Shown here: positions 53,101-64,000 of the stretch, in pieces
Position numbering within the stretch: position 1 is the stretch's first letter
How the letters are laid out: every line of letters starts with the position of its first letter
From: Camelus ferus
Taxonomy: Eukaryota
Reading direction: 5' to 3'
Assembly (NCBI RefSeq): GCF_009834535.1
Contig: NC_045713.1
Coordinates: 868,001-932,000, forward strand
Length of the DNA: 64,000 nt
The notes under the pieces: model-generated
What the model was told of the DNA's origin: nothing
Seen by the model: the letters and a program-made list of their open reading frames with translations, nothing else
The model's database searches: none
Position numbers and translations under genes: made by a program

Positions 53101-56100
53101 GGCTGGGAGCAAGTCATACCTTTGTTGTTGGGGTTTCCTATGTCAATGGATTTTTCCACAGTGACAGGTTTTCTGAGCTGACAAGTTCTTGGCTCTGTGG
53201 CTGTGGTCTGGAGTAAGGGTTTTTCTATCAAGTAATGCAAGAAGGCCTAGATGGGTGTCTTCCTGATTCTTCCACCTTCCCCTCATTAACCTCCTTCACA
53301 GAGCACATGACAGAAGCAGTGCTCAGAAGCTGTCATTCTCTGCAGCATCTTGATGTTTACTTTGAGAGGTAGATGATGAAAGAGTGTTCTATCCCTTCCA
53401 TCCTTTAAGGAATGAGGCTACAGACGAGAGAGCTTGACTGAAGATTCCCTCTTCAATGGAAGTAATCAGCCTAAATGACTGCTCCAAACTAAAAGGAAAA
53501 GTGTGTGTGTATGTGGGGGTGGGGTGGGGTGGTGTGAAGCATCAGTGAGAATGCTGTTGCAAAAATATAGTTGTGTTGCATTTTAAGTCTTTTCTTTTTC
53601 AGAAAAATCTAGAGATCCCCATTATCTCAGATCTGTGCAAAAGTATCATGTTTTTCAGCGATTTTATGGGAAGTCACTAGAATCAGTCTCTTCAAAACTT
53701 CTTGTAACTCAAGCCGCCAAGCCCAGGAGGAATTTCTGTGAACCCAAGAGCAAAAAGGCACAGGTAGTTTCTGTTAAGTCTATCCTTTTTTTTTTTTTTT
53801 AACTTTTCTTTATCTTGTATTGTTATTTGTTCCATCTGTTTGGTAGTTGCTTTCCATACTGTGTTTTTAGAAAGTAAAGAGTTAGAAAAGATACTTCATG
53901 CAAGTGGAAACCAAAAGAAAGTAGGGGTAGCTATACTTATACCATACAAAATAGACTTTCATGCAAAGACTGTAATAAGAGAGAAAAAAGGTCGTTATAT
54001 AATGATAAAGCTGAAAACCTGAAAGCTTTTCCTCTAAGGTCAGGAACAAGACAAGGATGCCCAGACCACCACTTCTTTTCAACTTCGTACTGGAAGTTTT
54101 AGCCAGAGAAGTTAGGGAAGGAAAAGCAATAAAAAGCATCCACATTGGAAAGGAATAAGTCACACAGTCGCTATTTGCAGATGACATTACGGTACATAAG
54201 AACCCTTAAAGACTTCACCAGAAACCTGTTAGAACTAATGAATTTTATTCTTCAGTAAAATGAAGAATAAAAAATGAAGATACAAAGATCTGTTGTGTTT
54301 CTATACACTAATAAGAAACTATCAGAAAAAGAAATTAAGAAAATAACCCCATTTACAATTGCATCAAAAAAAAAATACCAAGGAATAAATTTAACCAAGG
54401 AGGTGAAAGACGTGTACTCTGAAAACTGTAAGGCATTGATGAAAGAAATTGAAGAGGATACAAATAAATGGAAAGGTTTTCTGTACTCACGGATNNNNNN
54501 NNNNNNNNNNNNNNNNNNNNNNNNNNNNNNNNNNNNNNNNNNNNNNNNNNNNNNNNNNNNNNNNNNNNNNNNNNNNNNNNNNNNNNNNNNNNNNNNNNNN
54601 NNNNNNNNNNNNNNNNNNNNNNNNNNNNNNNNNNNNNNNNNNNNNNNNNNNNNNNNNNNNNNNNNNNNNNNNNNNNNNNNNNNNNNNNNNNNNNNATGTT
54701 ACTAAGCTATAGTAATCAAAACAGCATAGTATTGGCATAAAAGTCCTAGAAGAAAGCATAAGTGATAAGCTCCTTAGTATTGGTCTTGGCGGTGAGTTTT
54801 TGGCTCTGACACCAAAAGCAAAGGTAACAAAAGCAGAAATAAACAAGTGGGACTACTAAAAAGATTCTGCACAGCAAAGGAGACCATAAAAAAAAAAAAA
54901 GGCAGCCTACAAAATGGGAGAAAATATTTGCAAATCGTATATCTGATAAAGGGTTAACATCTAGAATGTGTGATGAACTCATAAAACTCAATAGCTAAAA
55001 AACTGAACAGTTGGGTTAAAAAATGTCAGAGTGACTGAATAGATATTTAACCAAAGATGACATGCAGATGGCCAACAGGTTCATGGAAATGTGCTCAACA
55101 TGACTAATCATCAAGAAAATGCAAATCAAAACCACAGTGAGATACCACTTCACACATGTCAGAATGGCCATCATTAAAAGACCAGAGATGATAAGTGTTG
55201 GTGAGGACGTGGAGAAAAGAGAGCCCTCGTGCACTGTTAGGAATGTAAATTGGTGCAGCCCCTGTGAAAAACAGTATGGAGTTTCCTCAAAAAAATTAAA
55301 AATAGAACTGCCATATGATCCAGCAACCCCACTTCTGGGTATTCCAGAAAGGAAAACAGGATATGGAAGCTCTCTCTGCACACCTGTGCCCATTGCAGCA
55401 TTACTTACAGCAGCCCAGTTATGGAACCAGTGGAAGTGTCCACCAAGGCATGAGTGGATGAAGAAGATGTGGTAGATACATGTACATATTGGAATAGTAT
55501 TGAGTCATAGGGAGGAAATTCTGCCATTTGTGACCACACGGATGAACCTAGAGGTCAGAGGGAGGCAGATACTGCGTGGTAGAACTTACATGTGGAATGT
55601 GAAAGAAAAACACGCCAAGCTCATAGGAACAGAGAGTAGAAAGAAGGCTCCAGGCTCAGGGGTGGGGAACTAGGGTGGGTCTGGTGAAAGGGGACTGGCT
55701 CTCGGCTCCGAGAAGAGCAGGGTCTCAGGAGCTAATGTAACACGTGGCGACTGGAGCTGACAGCGTTACATCACACCACTGAGATTTGCAAAGAGAGTAG
55801 ATTTTAAATGTTCTCACCTTCCCCTCTCTGAAAGATAAATATACGAGGTGACGGATGGGTTAATTAACTCAATGGGGAGGACCCTTCCACAATGTATATT
55901 GAGTCACCATGATGCACACTTTGAATATCTTACAACTTTATTTTTCAGCTATATCTAAAATTAAAAAAAAATGTATCTGAGCAGAAGCGGGGACTTTTGC
56001 TTTAATGTCAAAAAGTAGCCTCCCCAGGCCCAGCCAGGTGGTCTTGTTTTTCTCCTTGTGGTGACCCCCTTCTTTTTATTTTCATAGCCAATTTTATTGT

Positions 56101-59100
56101 TAGTGAGACCACCCAATGACAACTGTGCCTTTTTTATTTAGGGCTACAAAAAAAGCTTCTTCTGGGTTTTTTTTTTTTTTTTGAGAGATGTTATAAATAG
56201 AAAGTTTGCACAAATTCCCATTATATAGTGTAAGGTATAAAGACTGAAAAAACATCTCATGCTTTTCTTTCTTTTACACTATCGGAAATTAAATTATCTC
56301 ATGGGGATTAAACAACCTTCACACTGTATAAATGTTCTCTTCCAGCAACAGTTTAGTAAGTCTGCATGTTCTAGCTAAAACAAGCACTGTGTGGCAAAGA
56401 GCCAAGGGTCACCTTGTCCCCTTGAGACAGAGCCATGCTGGCTCCACCTGGGACAGTACCTCTGGGAGACCAGAGCACTGAAGATGACCCATTGATGAGA
56501 ACTGAACTCTAAGAAAGTGATGAAACTAAAGTGACTTCATTACAGGCAAGGCTTAGATACTGGTATCATGGCTGACCAGTGCAGTGGGAGGTTTGTCAGA
56601 ATTCTCTACAGGTGCGACGGTTCTCTGATTTTCTCCGCAGATGAGTAAGTCAGGTTGGTAACAACATATCAGAAGTGGGTCCCTGTTGTGTTTAAGTAGG
56701 TCAGAAATGCTTGTCCAGATGGAGCAGACCTGCTCGTTTAACTTGTTCCTTCCCCTCCCTCCTTCCCTTCGTGCTCTTGCCCGTCTTCACTCACTCATCA
56801 GACAGTCTGAGCTACATCTTCCGTGCTTGGGACCCAACAACAACTGTCTCAGGGAAAGTAATCTGGAGATACAGCACGGCGCATAGGGTCATGGTGGCCC
56901 TGTGCGTGATGAGGCTTCTGTAGAGATGCCGGGCGGAGGGGGCACAGGACTTGGGCTCGTAGAGTTGGGTGAGGTTCTGTGGAAGAAGCATCTTGATGGA
57001 CACGTAAGGGTCGGGGGTGACCCTGGTGGGTAGGAGAGGAAAGCCAGTCCCTGAGAGAGTGGGAGACAGGAGGCCCAGGGGCCTGATTGTTTTCCATTTG
57101 CTCTTCGGCTGATAACCTACAGCACTCAAATCTAGGAGATGCTCTTCAGGGGCTTTACTGTCATCCAGGTGGGTTTCCACGGTATTCAGTTCACAGAGAC
57201 TTCAATTTTAAGAAACAGACAGTGAACCAAAAAGTGTGCCTTTTCAAGAATAAGAGGGTGGTCAAAATAATTAGTATACACTTACTTAAAAATACCATCT
57301 CATTCATATTGCCAACTTGTTTTATGAGATGATTCTTTCTTTTTTGAGCAGGAGACCAAGGCTGAAATAATCACTAGAGAGAATAAGAAGAGGTTATTTG
57401 CCAAGGAGGAGCAAAAAGAAGAGAAAAAATGGGATGTCCTATCATTTTCTATTGAGGAGGAGATGCAAGAGAATTTGAGCTCTGGAATAAAGAACCTGGA
57501 AGATTTTCTGAAATCGTGTACAAGTAGCTCGGTGAAATTTCGGGTAGAAATGGTAGGCTTAAAGGCCTGCTTGAAGGCGTGGAAAGAGCATTGCCGAGGG
57601 AAAGGTGTGTGAGTGGATGCTCATTTGTTTGCTTTAATAAATTGGAGAAGAAATAAAAATGTAATGATGACAGCTGTCCCTTATTAAGTGGAAATTTGTG
57701 GGAGAAGCCTTAGATGCATTATGTCATTTTCTCCTTGCAGAGTTCCTCTAAGGCTGATTTTCTCTGTTTTGTCAATGAGTGCTGACCTTTCAGAGAGGGC
57801 CCCAGTAGCAGTTAAATATACAGCACATTCATAAGCGAATTCAAATCAAATTACAGGCAAAGTTAGGTCTAAAGATAACTGCATACAGAACTGTGGGCGT
57901 GGTTCAGGGGACCAGCCGAGACGGTGAGTTTCCCGAGGAGGGTCTGTCCTTCATCTCTGAGATCTCAGCTGCAGACTTTTTCTTTCTGAGTGGAGCGTGG
58001 ATCGTGTTTGCCTGGCTTGCTGAGTCCTTCCAAAAGTGGCTGTGGTTTCCACATGCTTTGCTTTACCGCTGCTACAGTAGATGGCAGAAAGGAATGGGAG
58101 AGGCAGGAAGAGGCAGGTGATGGAGAAATCAGGCAGGGTGGAGATGTGCAAGTTGACAGGAGGTGTGACAACCAGGTGCCTGATGCCTCTGGATGGACAG
58201 CTCTTTCCTGCACCTCACTGGTCTGACTCTCCATTCTCTCCATGCTGGAGTCCGCTGCACACGTGGCTGCCAGGTTCTCTTTTCCTTCTCGTTCTACCAA
58301 CTTCAGTCTGTTGAGCAAAGTCAGCCTTTCACTGTGGCCTTCATCACCGTGAGAAGCACACGACTTGGCCTGTTTAGTGCTCACTCAGACACTGCATCAG
58401 GATTTGCATTTGGCTGCTAGTAAGGGGTTGAGGATTAGCAGTGGCTCACCTTCCTGGGCAGTGAGAATTCTGGATTAAGTGTGTTTTGTAGCCTTTATAG
58501 CATCTGTAGGTGTCTGGTAATATTTGTTAAATAGATAAAATGTAGGGTGATGTAAAGAAAGGTGGAATCAAAACAGCTCTGACAGGTAGCGCAGGAGAAG
58601 GTCAGCAGTGAGGAGGAGCAGTAGGGATGTGTGGGACTGTGAGGAAGTGGTGGGGTCACAAATTGGGGGCTGGAAGTTGTAACAGACTGAGGGAATGAAA
58701 AGGCTGCAATGATCATGCCACATACTTACCCATTAGGCCACCATTAGGATTCAAAAAATGTTGCCAAGGTTTTAACCAGATATTTAAAGTCAGCTGAATA
58801 TTTTTCTTTGAACACAGTAGAGAAGGAATGAAAATAATAGGTGGAGAAAAGATTTGTTCCCCAGAATTTATACAAACTCGGGCTTTGACGATCTTGTTTC
58901 TACCATGAACTACAAGGTGTTTCTTTTCCTTCAGCACTCAGGCAGCCACATTGCAATTATCCGTGGAGATGATGAAGTGTGTGTAGTTGCTCTTACAACA
59001 TTTAATTTTATTCAGTTGTCTGTACTCCCAAACCTCCATTAATGCTTAGACAGTGAATTTAATTGGGTCAGATTGGTAGCCTGATGACTAACCTTGGATA

Positions 59101-60322
59101 ATCAAATATTTATTGCTTTTGATGGGCTTTAAACAGTTTTGCTGTTCTTTGTCCAGGTGAAACCACAAAAGACATAAGTATAGCTGTTCAAATGATGAAA
59201 AGGATCCACTCTGTGATGGAAAAGTACCCAGAACTTTTGCAAGAGGCAGACCAACAACTCATAGCCAGATGCCTTAGGTATTTAGGATTTGAGGAGTTGG
59301 CAAGTTCTGTGCATCCATCCCAGGTAATGCTTTCAGAATAGCTCCACTTTAGTTATTAGGTATACATAAAGTGTCTTGTAGACACCATGACCTCTTTTAG
59401 ATTTTTTTTTACTGAAAATATTTACTCTAAGTTCTTAATCATTGTTAGTAATCTAGCTGCCCCAACTTGAAGTAATCCAGAGTTAGAAAATTGTGCACAT
59501 GCTTGTCTGGACAGGCAAATTAAATGCCAGATAATCTCTGCAGACCTTTAAAATCAGTCCTGTGTTTGATTCTAGCAAAACATTTAAAAGCTGTACTGTG
59601 ATTGCTCAGTTGTCTTTATATCAGACCTAGCTCAGATATCGTGGTGGGCATGTGAAATCTTGATGTCTGCTAATTATTTACTCTTAGTTAAGGTGACGAT
59701 TTAGGTGGGAAAATATTTCTTCAATAAACATACAAATCTAAAAGGTGGTGGGTGCTTTTCTCATAAAATGATTTAATTATTTTATTAAAAATAATATTTT
59801 AATCATTTAAATGATGTAATTTTTTGTGTTCTAAAGTTGTACATTTTAGCAAACGTGGTTTAAAAAACAATGCCAAGAATCCAAGTGACAATGGTAGGTC
59901 TTTTCTTTTTGTTGTTGGAGTATAGTTGATTTACAGTGTCAGTTTCAGGTGTACAGCTAAATGATTCAGTTATACATACACATACATATATACATATTTT
60001 TTTCAGATTCTTTTCCATTGTATGTTATTTCAAGAAATTGAATGTAGTTCCCTGTGTTATACAGTAGGACATTGTTGTCTGTCTATTTTATATATAGCAG
60101 GGTGTATCTGTTAAATGGTATAATTTAAAATCAGCTTCAAAATGGACTTTTAAAATATCGCAGGTCACAGGAAATGACATAAAAGAGAAGAAAAAGAATA
60201 AATACTCAGTTGGCATTGGGCCAGTTCGGTTTCAGCTGCAGCACATGGGCCAGTATTTGGTACGAGAGGAGAGGAAAGACCCAGACCCCAGGGTTCAGGA
60301 CTTTATTCCTGACACTTGGCAG
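38192..60322 (+). CDS. DDX60: DDX60 (DExD/H-box helicase 60) N-terminal region, 12 exons, 680 open codons; own first coding exons absent; cut by a gap just before Walker A
   Basis: Exons 38192-38533 (DAEYAYFNFPELL...), 40102-40218, 41297-41458, 42784-42942, 46904-47045, 48035-48190, 51638-51743, 52199-52314, 53603-53763, 57352-57604 (ETKAEIITRENKKRLF...), 59157-59323 and 60164-60322 (...DPRVQDFIPDTWQ). All GT-AG, phases concordant, 2040 nt, no stop on manual translation. Confidence 0.93.
40612..40716 (+). mobile_element. Short LINE-1 3' end with A-tail
   Basis: GTATATGCGTAACTGGGACATTGTGCTGTACGCCAGAAATTGACACATTGTAACTGACTGTACTTCAATAAGAAAAAAAA. Confidence 0.75.
42620..42735. repeat. Degenerate 10-bp tandem repeat (TCACGCAGGG/TCACGCAGCC)
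   Basis: Roughly ten imperfect units just upstream of the exon acceptor at 42783. Confidence 0.8.
43125..43280 (+). repeat. Degenerate hexamer repeat (GGGGCC/GGGTCA), G-quadruplex-prone
   Basis: GGGGCCGGGGCCGGGGCCGGGGTCAGGGCCGGGGCTGGGGCGAGGGCCAGGGTCAGGGTCAGGGTCAGGG... Confidence 0.85.
43406..43444 (+). terminator. AATAAA followed by genomic A24 (retroposon tail or intronic poly(A) site)
   Basis: AATAAA at 43406-43411, A-run at 43421-43444, then (GAAA)n. Confidence 0.55.
45569..45750. mobile_element. MER5A-like hAT DNA transposon fossil
   Basis: GTGGTTCCCAAAGT...CAGCATCACCTGGGACCTTGTTAGAAGTGCAGATTCCTGGG...TTTGAGAATCACTG. Confidence 0.8.
45890..46180. mobile_element. MER3-like hAT DNA transposon fossil
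   Basis: GTAGCCAGCAGCCATAAGTGGACAGTGGGCACTTGAGATGTGG...GATAATATTTTGGATATGTTGGGTTGAATGAAAT. Confidence 0.65.
49250..49480 (+). mobile_element. LINE-1 ORF1 fragment
   Basis: Translation HTNIRITGVPEREERQKGPEEIFEEIITENLPNL matches the L1 ORF1p RRM region. Confidence 0.85.
53860..55965 (+). mobile_element. Fragmented LINE-1 ORF2 and 3' UTR (contains 201-N gap at 54495-54695)
   Basis: KVGVAILIPYKIDF, KIQRSVVFLYTNKKLSEKEIKK and QIKTTVRYHFTHVRMAIIK...LKIELPYDPATPLLGI, with internal deletions and stops. Confidence 0.9.
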
Positions 60323-60344
60323 GTAATGACTGAATGAAATGGAC

Positions 60345-60444
60345 NNNNNNNNNNNNNNNNNNNNNNNNNNNNNNNNNNNNNNNNNNNNNNNNNNNNNNNN
60401 NNNNNNNNNNNNNNNNNNNNNNNNNNNNNNNNNNNNNNNNNNNN
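60345..60444. other. Assembly gap (100 N)
   Basis: Run of exactly 100 N, starting 22 nt after the last DDX60 exon. Confidence 0.99.
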
Positions 60445-60477
60445 ATGAGTAAACTGATTTTTCTCTTCCTTCCCCAG

Positions 60478-60653
60478 GCCTGTGGTAGTGGAGACACGCC
60501 CAGCAGATGATCCTACTTCTCCCAGCAACCTCTATATCCAGAAATGAGTCCCTGGGATTGGGGGTGGAGATGTTAGGAATCAGTCACTACCCCCCCTCCC
60601 CTCCCCAGTGGACACAATATAGTGGTCATGACATGCCTGTGTCTCCCAATAAA
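60478..60653 (+). pseudogene. MAP4K1: Orphan MAP4K1 terminal exon (copy B4)
   Basis: Acceptor at 60477, PVVVETRPADDPTSPSNLYIQK*, AATAAA at 60648. Confidence 0.87.
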
Positions 60654-60904
60654 CGTGATTTTAACCTCTGCTGTCATCTTGGTTTTCTGGGGGGAGGGGA
60701 GGAGGGCCGAATTCCTGGATGCCTACTGACCCCCCCCCAAATTCAACGATCCAGTACAACATCAGGGAAGTAGCACAGACTTTATTTCTACAGCACATGG
60801 TCACCTCTCCCCCAGCGGCCTTGGGTGGAGGGATTTGGGGACTAAGGGGCTTGCTGTAAGAATAGGGCACTTGAAGTGTGAGTGAAGGGCCAGCTGTGGG
60901 TGTC

Positions 60905-61651
<747 letters not shown>

Positions 61652-64000
61652 CTGGGAGGCAGGTGCAAGTCAGTGCCTAATCTCTGACCAAATTCAGACT
61701 GCTCCTTCTTCTGGCTACCCCCTTCTGAGCCTTGCCTCCCATTCCCTAATCTCTCATCTCCCTAATCTCACCCTGATGCTTAAAAATAATACCTAGCATT
61801 ATTGAGCACTTACCATGAGACCCTTACTACATATGAATTTACTTAATTCTCACAATGACCCTATAAGACTAGTTATAATTAATATCCCCATTTTACAGAG
61901 GAAGAAACTGATGTTTCTCCTCTTCTGAGGTCTACTCTTTCCTCTCCAAGTTCACTTCAGAAAGAAAAATGGGAGGAAAATACTTAAGGGCTAATCGTGT
62001 ATGTAAATTAAGGAGGACCACGGGGGTGCGGGGGTGGCGGGAGATTGTGAAACAGCACAAGTTTTTTTTGTTGTTAAATTTGTTGTTGAAGTCTACTCAA
62101 TTTACAATGCTAGTTTCAGGTGTACAGCAAAGCAATTCAGTTACACATACATAGATATTTTCTTTCCCATTATAGGTTATTAGAAGAAGTTGACTATAGT
62201 TCCCTGTGCTGTGCAGTGGGTCCTTGTTGTTTATCTATTTTAAATACAGTGATACATACTTGCTAGCCCCCAGCCATGCTCTGTTAAAAAGGCAGTTTGA
62301 TACAGTGGAGCCATCACCAGCATTCAGGCAGCCCTCTCGGCAGAATCTGGGTGACTCCAGTTACGTTACCACTGTCTCAGAGTCTCCATGGCCAAAGTAG
62401 AGAACTCTGTAATAAAAGGTGTTGGCATTGTAATTTTAAGAAAGCATGCATCTATCTTGGCTTTTAAAAAAAAATCTGAAAAATAAGAAGCCTGAAATTC
62501 CTTACAATGGCACACATTAGGCAAGCTCCCGAACCAACCATCACATCCTAATCAGAGGAAAAGTAACAAAACATGAAGCAGTATCATATTAAATTTTTAC
62601 ACTCTTTTCTTTTTTTTTTTTTTTAAACAGAAGTCATGAGGATGGTACACAGGACCTCCTTCATGCTAAGCATACACTACCACTGAGCTATACCCTCCCC
62701 CTAAATTGTTACATTTTTGACAAATAATTTTCAGGAATTTAACCATAAGGCCTAATGAATGAAGGTCTCGTTATCCTCACTTCTTCCCTAGGTACTAACC
62801 CACTTTGGTGTGTTCTCAACTGGAGGAGCGTGAACAGCCCCCACAGTGGATCCCAGCCCCTCCACACCATGGTACCCACCGCTCTGCCAGCAGCCCGTTG
62901 GAAGTCACTGTTACAGAAATGGCACATCTGTTCTGTGTGGCCTCGGTATGCCTTTGTCTCTGGAGGGACTCCACGTGCCTCTGCCGGGCTCCTTGGGGGT
63001 GGCAGCCTCACAGCTGCACACACTCTGCAGGGGAGGTCTCAACCCCCCCTCCCCCACCTTCCTCCAGAGCCCAGGGGTGATGTTGCACAGGTAATATCAT
63101 CCTCTGAGCAGCTCCAGGTGTTCATGCAAGTGCTTGTTCTGGACACACGGATGCTGGCAACGTGCCTGGTCCAGAGGAAGCCCCTAACCACCACCCAGGT
63201 GAAATCCCCTAGGATTGTTGGGTGAACTGAGGACCGCTCCACTGCTGGCAACGTCAAGACCTGGCTCTTGTCCCTCCAGCGTCCCAAACTATCATGTAAG
63301 TCTGCCAACTTTTAGTTCTGCATGGTTCTGGAGACAACACGTTCTGCATTTACTGATTTTATTTAATCTGACTGATGCTGTGACCTGCTAGTCAGTCCAC
63401 CTGAGGTGGGGCCCTGCACCAAATGCTGTCAGGTCCGTCCCCATCGGAATCCACACCCTCTGGGGTAAAGAGCTCTGGGGGGCCCTTTCCTTGCAGAGAC
63501 CACGTATAAAGCTAGGTGACAGACACCTCCACGAGCACTCAGCCCCAGGACAACCTCCCCCGCCCCCGGCACATGCTGCGTCCCCGTGGAGCTCCAGGCG
63601 TTACCACCGTGACGTTCAAGTCTCTTCTCAGAAAACCGTGCTGCGCTCTCGAAGGAAGATTTCAGTGGGACTTTGAGGGTCCATATGCCCCTGGTGGCCA
63701 GATGAATTGGTTTAATTAAGAGGACCTGCGGGCTCTTCCCAGAGCTCTTATATAAGTTACAGAGCAGCACATGGGCCTGGAGGTGTCACCATAGCCACAG
63801 GCATCGGGGAAGCTAAAATCCCGCCTCACCCTTGCCACTCAGACCCCCAACTGCCTTTAGTGGCCACAAGGGCGGGCACCTCTGAGTTCACGTTTCCTGG
63901 TTCTCTCCCTCCTCCTCAAGGATCTACTTTGCTTCCTGGGGAGGCGTTTGTCCTGTTCCCTAAGAGTCTGAGTCACCACTAAGTTCATGCCGATGTTAGG

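Noticed and set aside
53860-55965. Active LINE-1
   Set aside because: Truncated, internally deleted and interrupted by stops and a gap.
38192-60322. DDX60L rather than DDX60
   Set aside because: ETKAEIITRENKKRLFAKEEQKEEKKW and DPHYLRSVQKYHVFQRFYG match my recall of DDX60; DDX60L differs in these segments.

Overview
Mammalian genomic DNA, most likely a camelid; this is inferred from tRNA-derived SINEs of the GTAGAGCGCATGCTTAGCATGCACGAGG type. The assembly is draft quality, with N gaps at 12635-12734, 54495-54695 and 60345-60444. The window is a mosaic segmental-duplication array, not a normal locus. A segment of the EIF3K(-)/MAP4K1(+)/RYR1(-) neighbourhood is tandemly amplified: two long copies about 23.23 kb apart and four copies of the MAP4K1 last exon/RYR1 3' end. 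Each long copy has only EIF3K exons 1-2 and a MAP4K1 lacking its proline-rich/CNH exons. One RYR1 remnant extends to exons 97-106 and abuts a 103-bp tandem array. In three copies the RYR1 intron is fused, at the same MIR breakpoint, to sequence that runs without a gap into a 5'-truncated DDX60 gene (12 exons, 38192-60322). These DDX60 exons form 680 uninterrupted codons with canonical splice sites. In MAP4K1 copy 2, exons 1-12 (309 codons, the whole kinase domain) are also open, while exons 13-14 carry stops. MAP4K1 exon 12 and the first DDX60 exon are on the same strand and both phase 0. The main candidate discovery is therefore a lineage-specific, amplified HPK1-kinase::DDX60 chimeric immune gene; this is an inference that needs RNA evidence. 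Secondary signals are a GC-shifted DDX60 exon inside a CpG island, a G4C2-like repeat followed by AATAAA and A24, and an open RyR1 pore-module remnant. Gene identities and exon numbers come from my recall of the human orthologous proteins, not from a database search.
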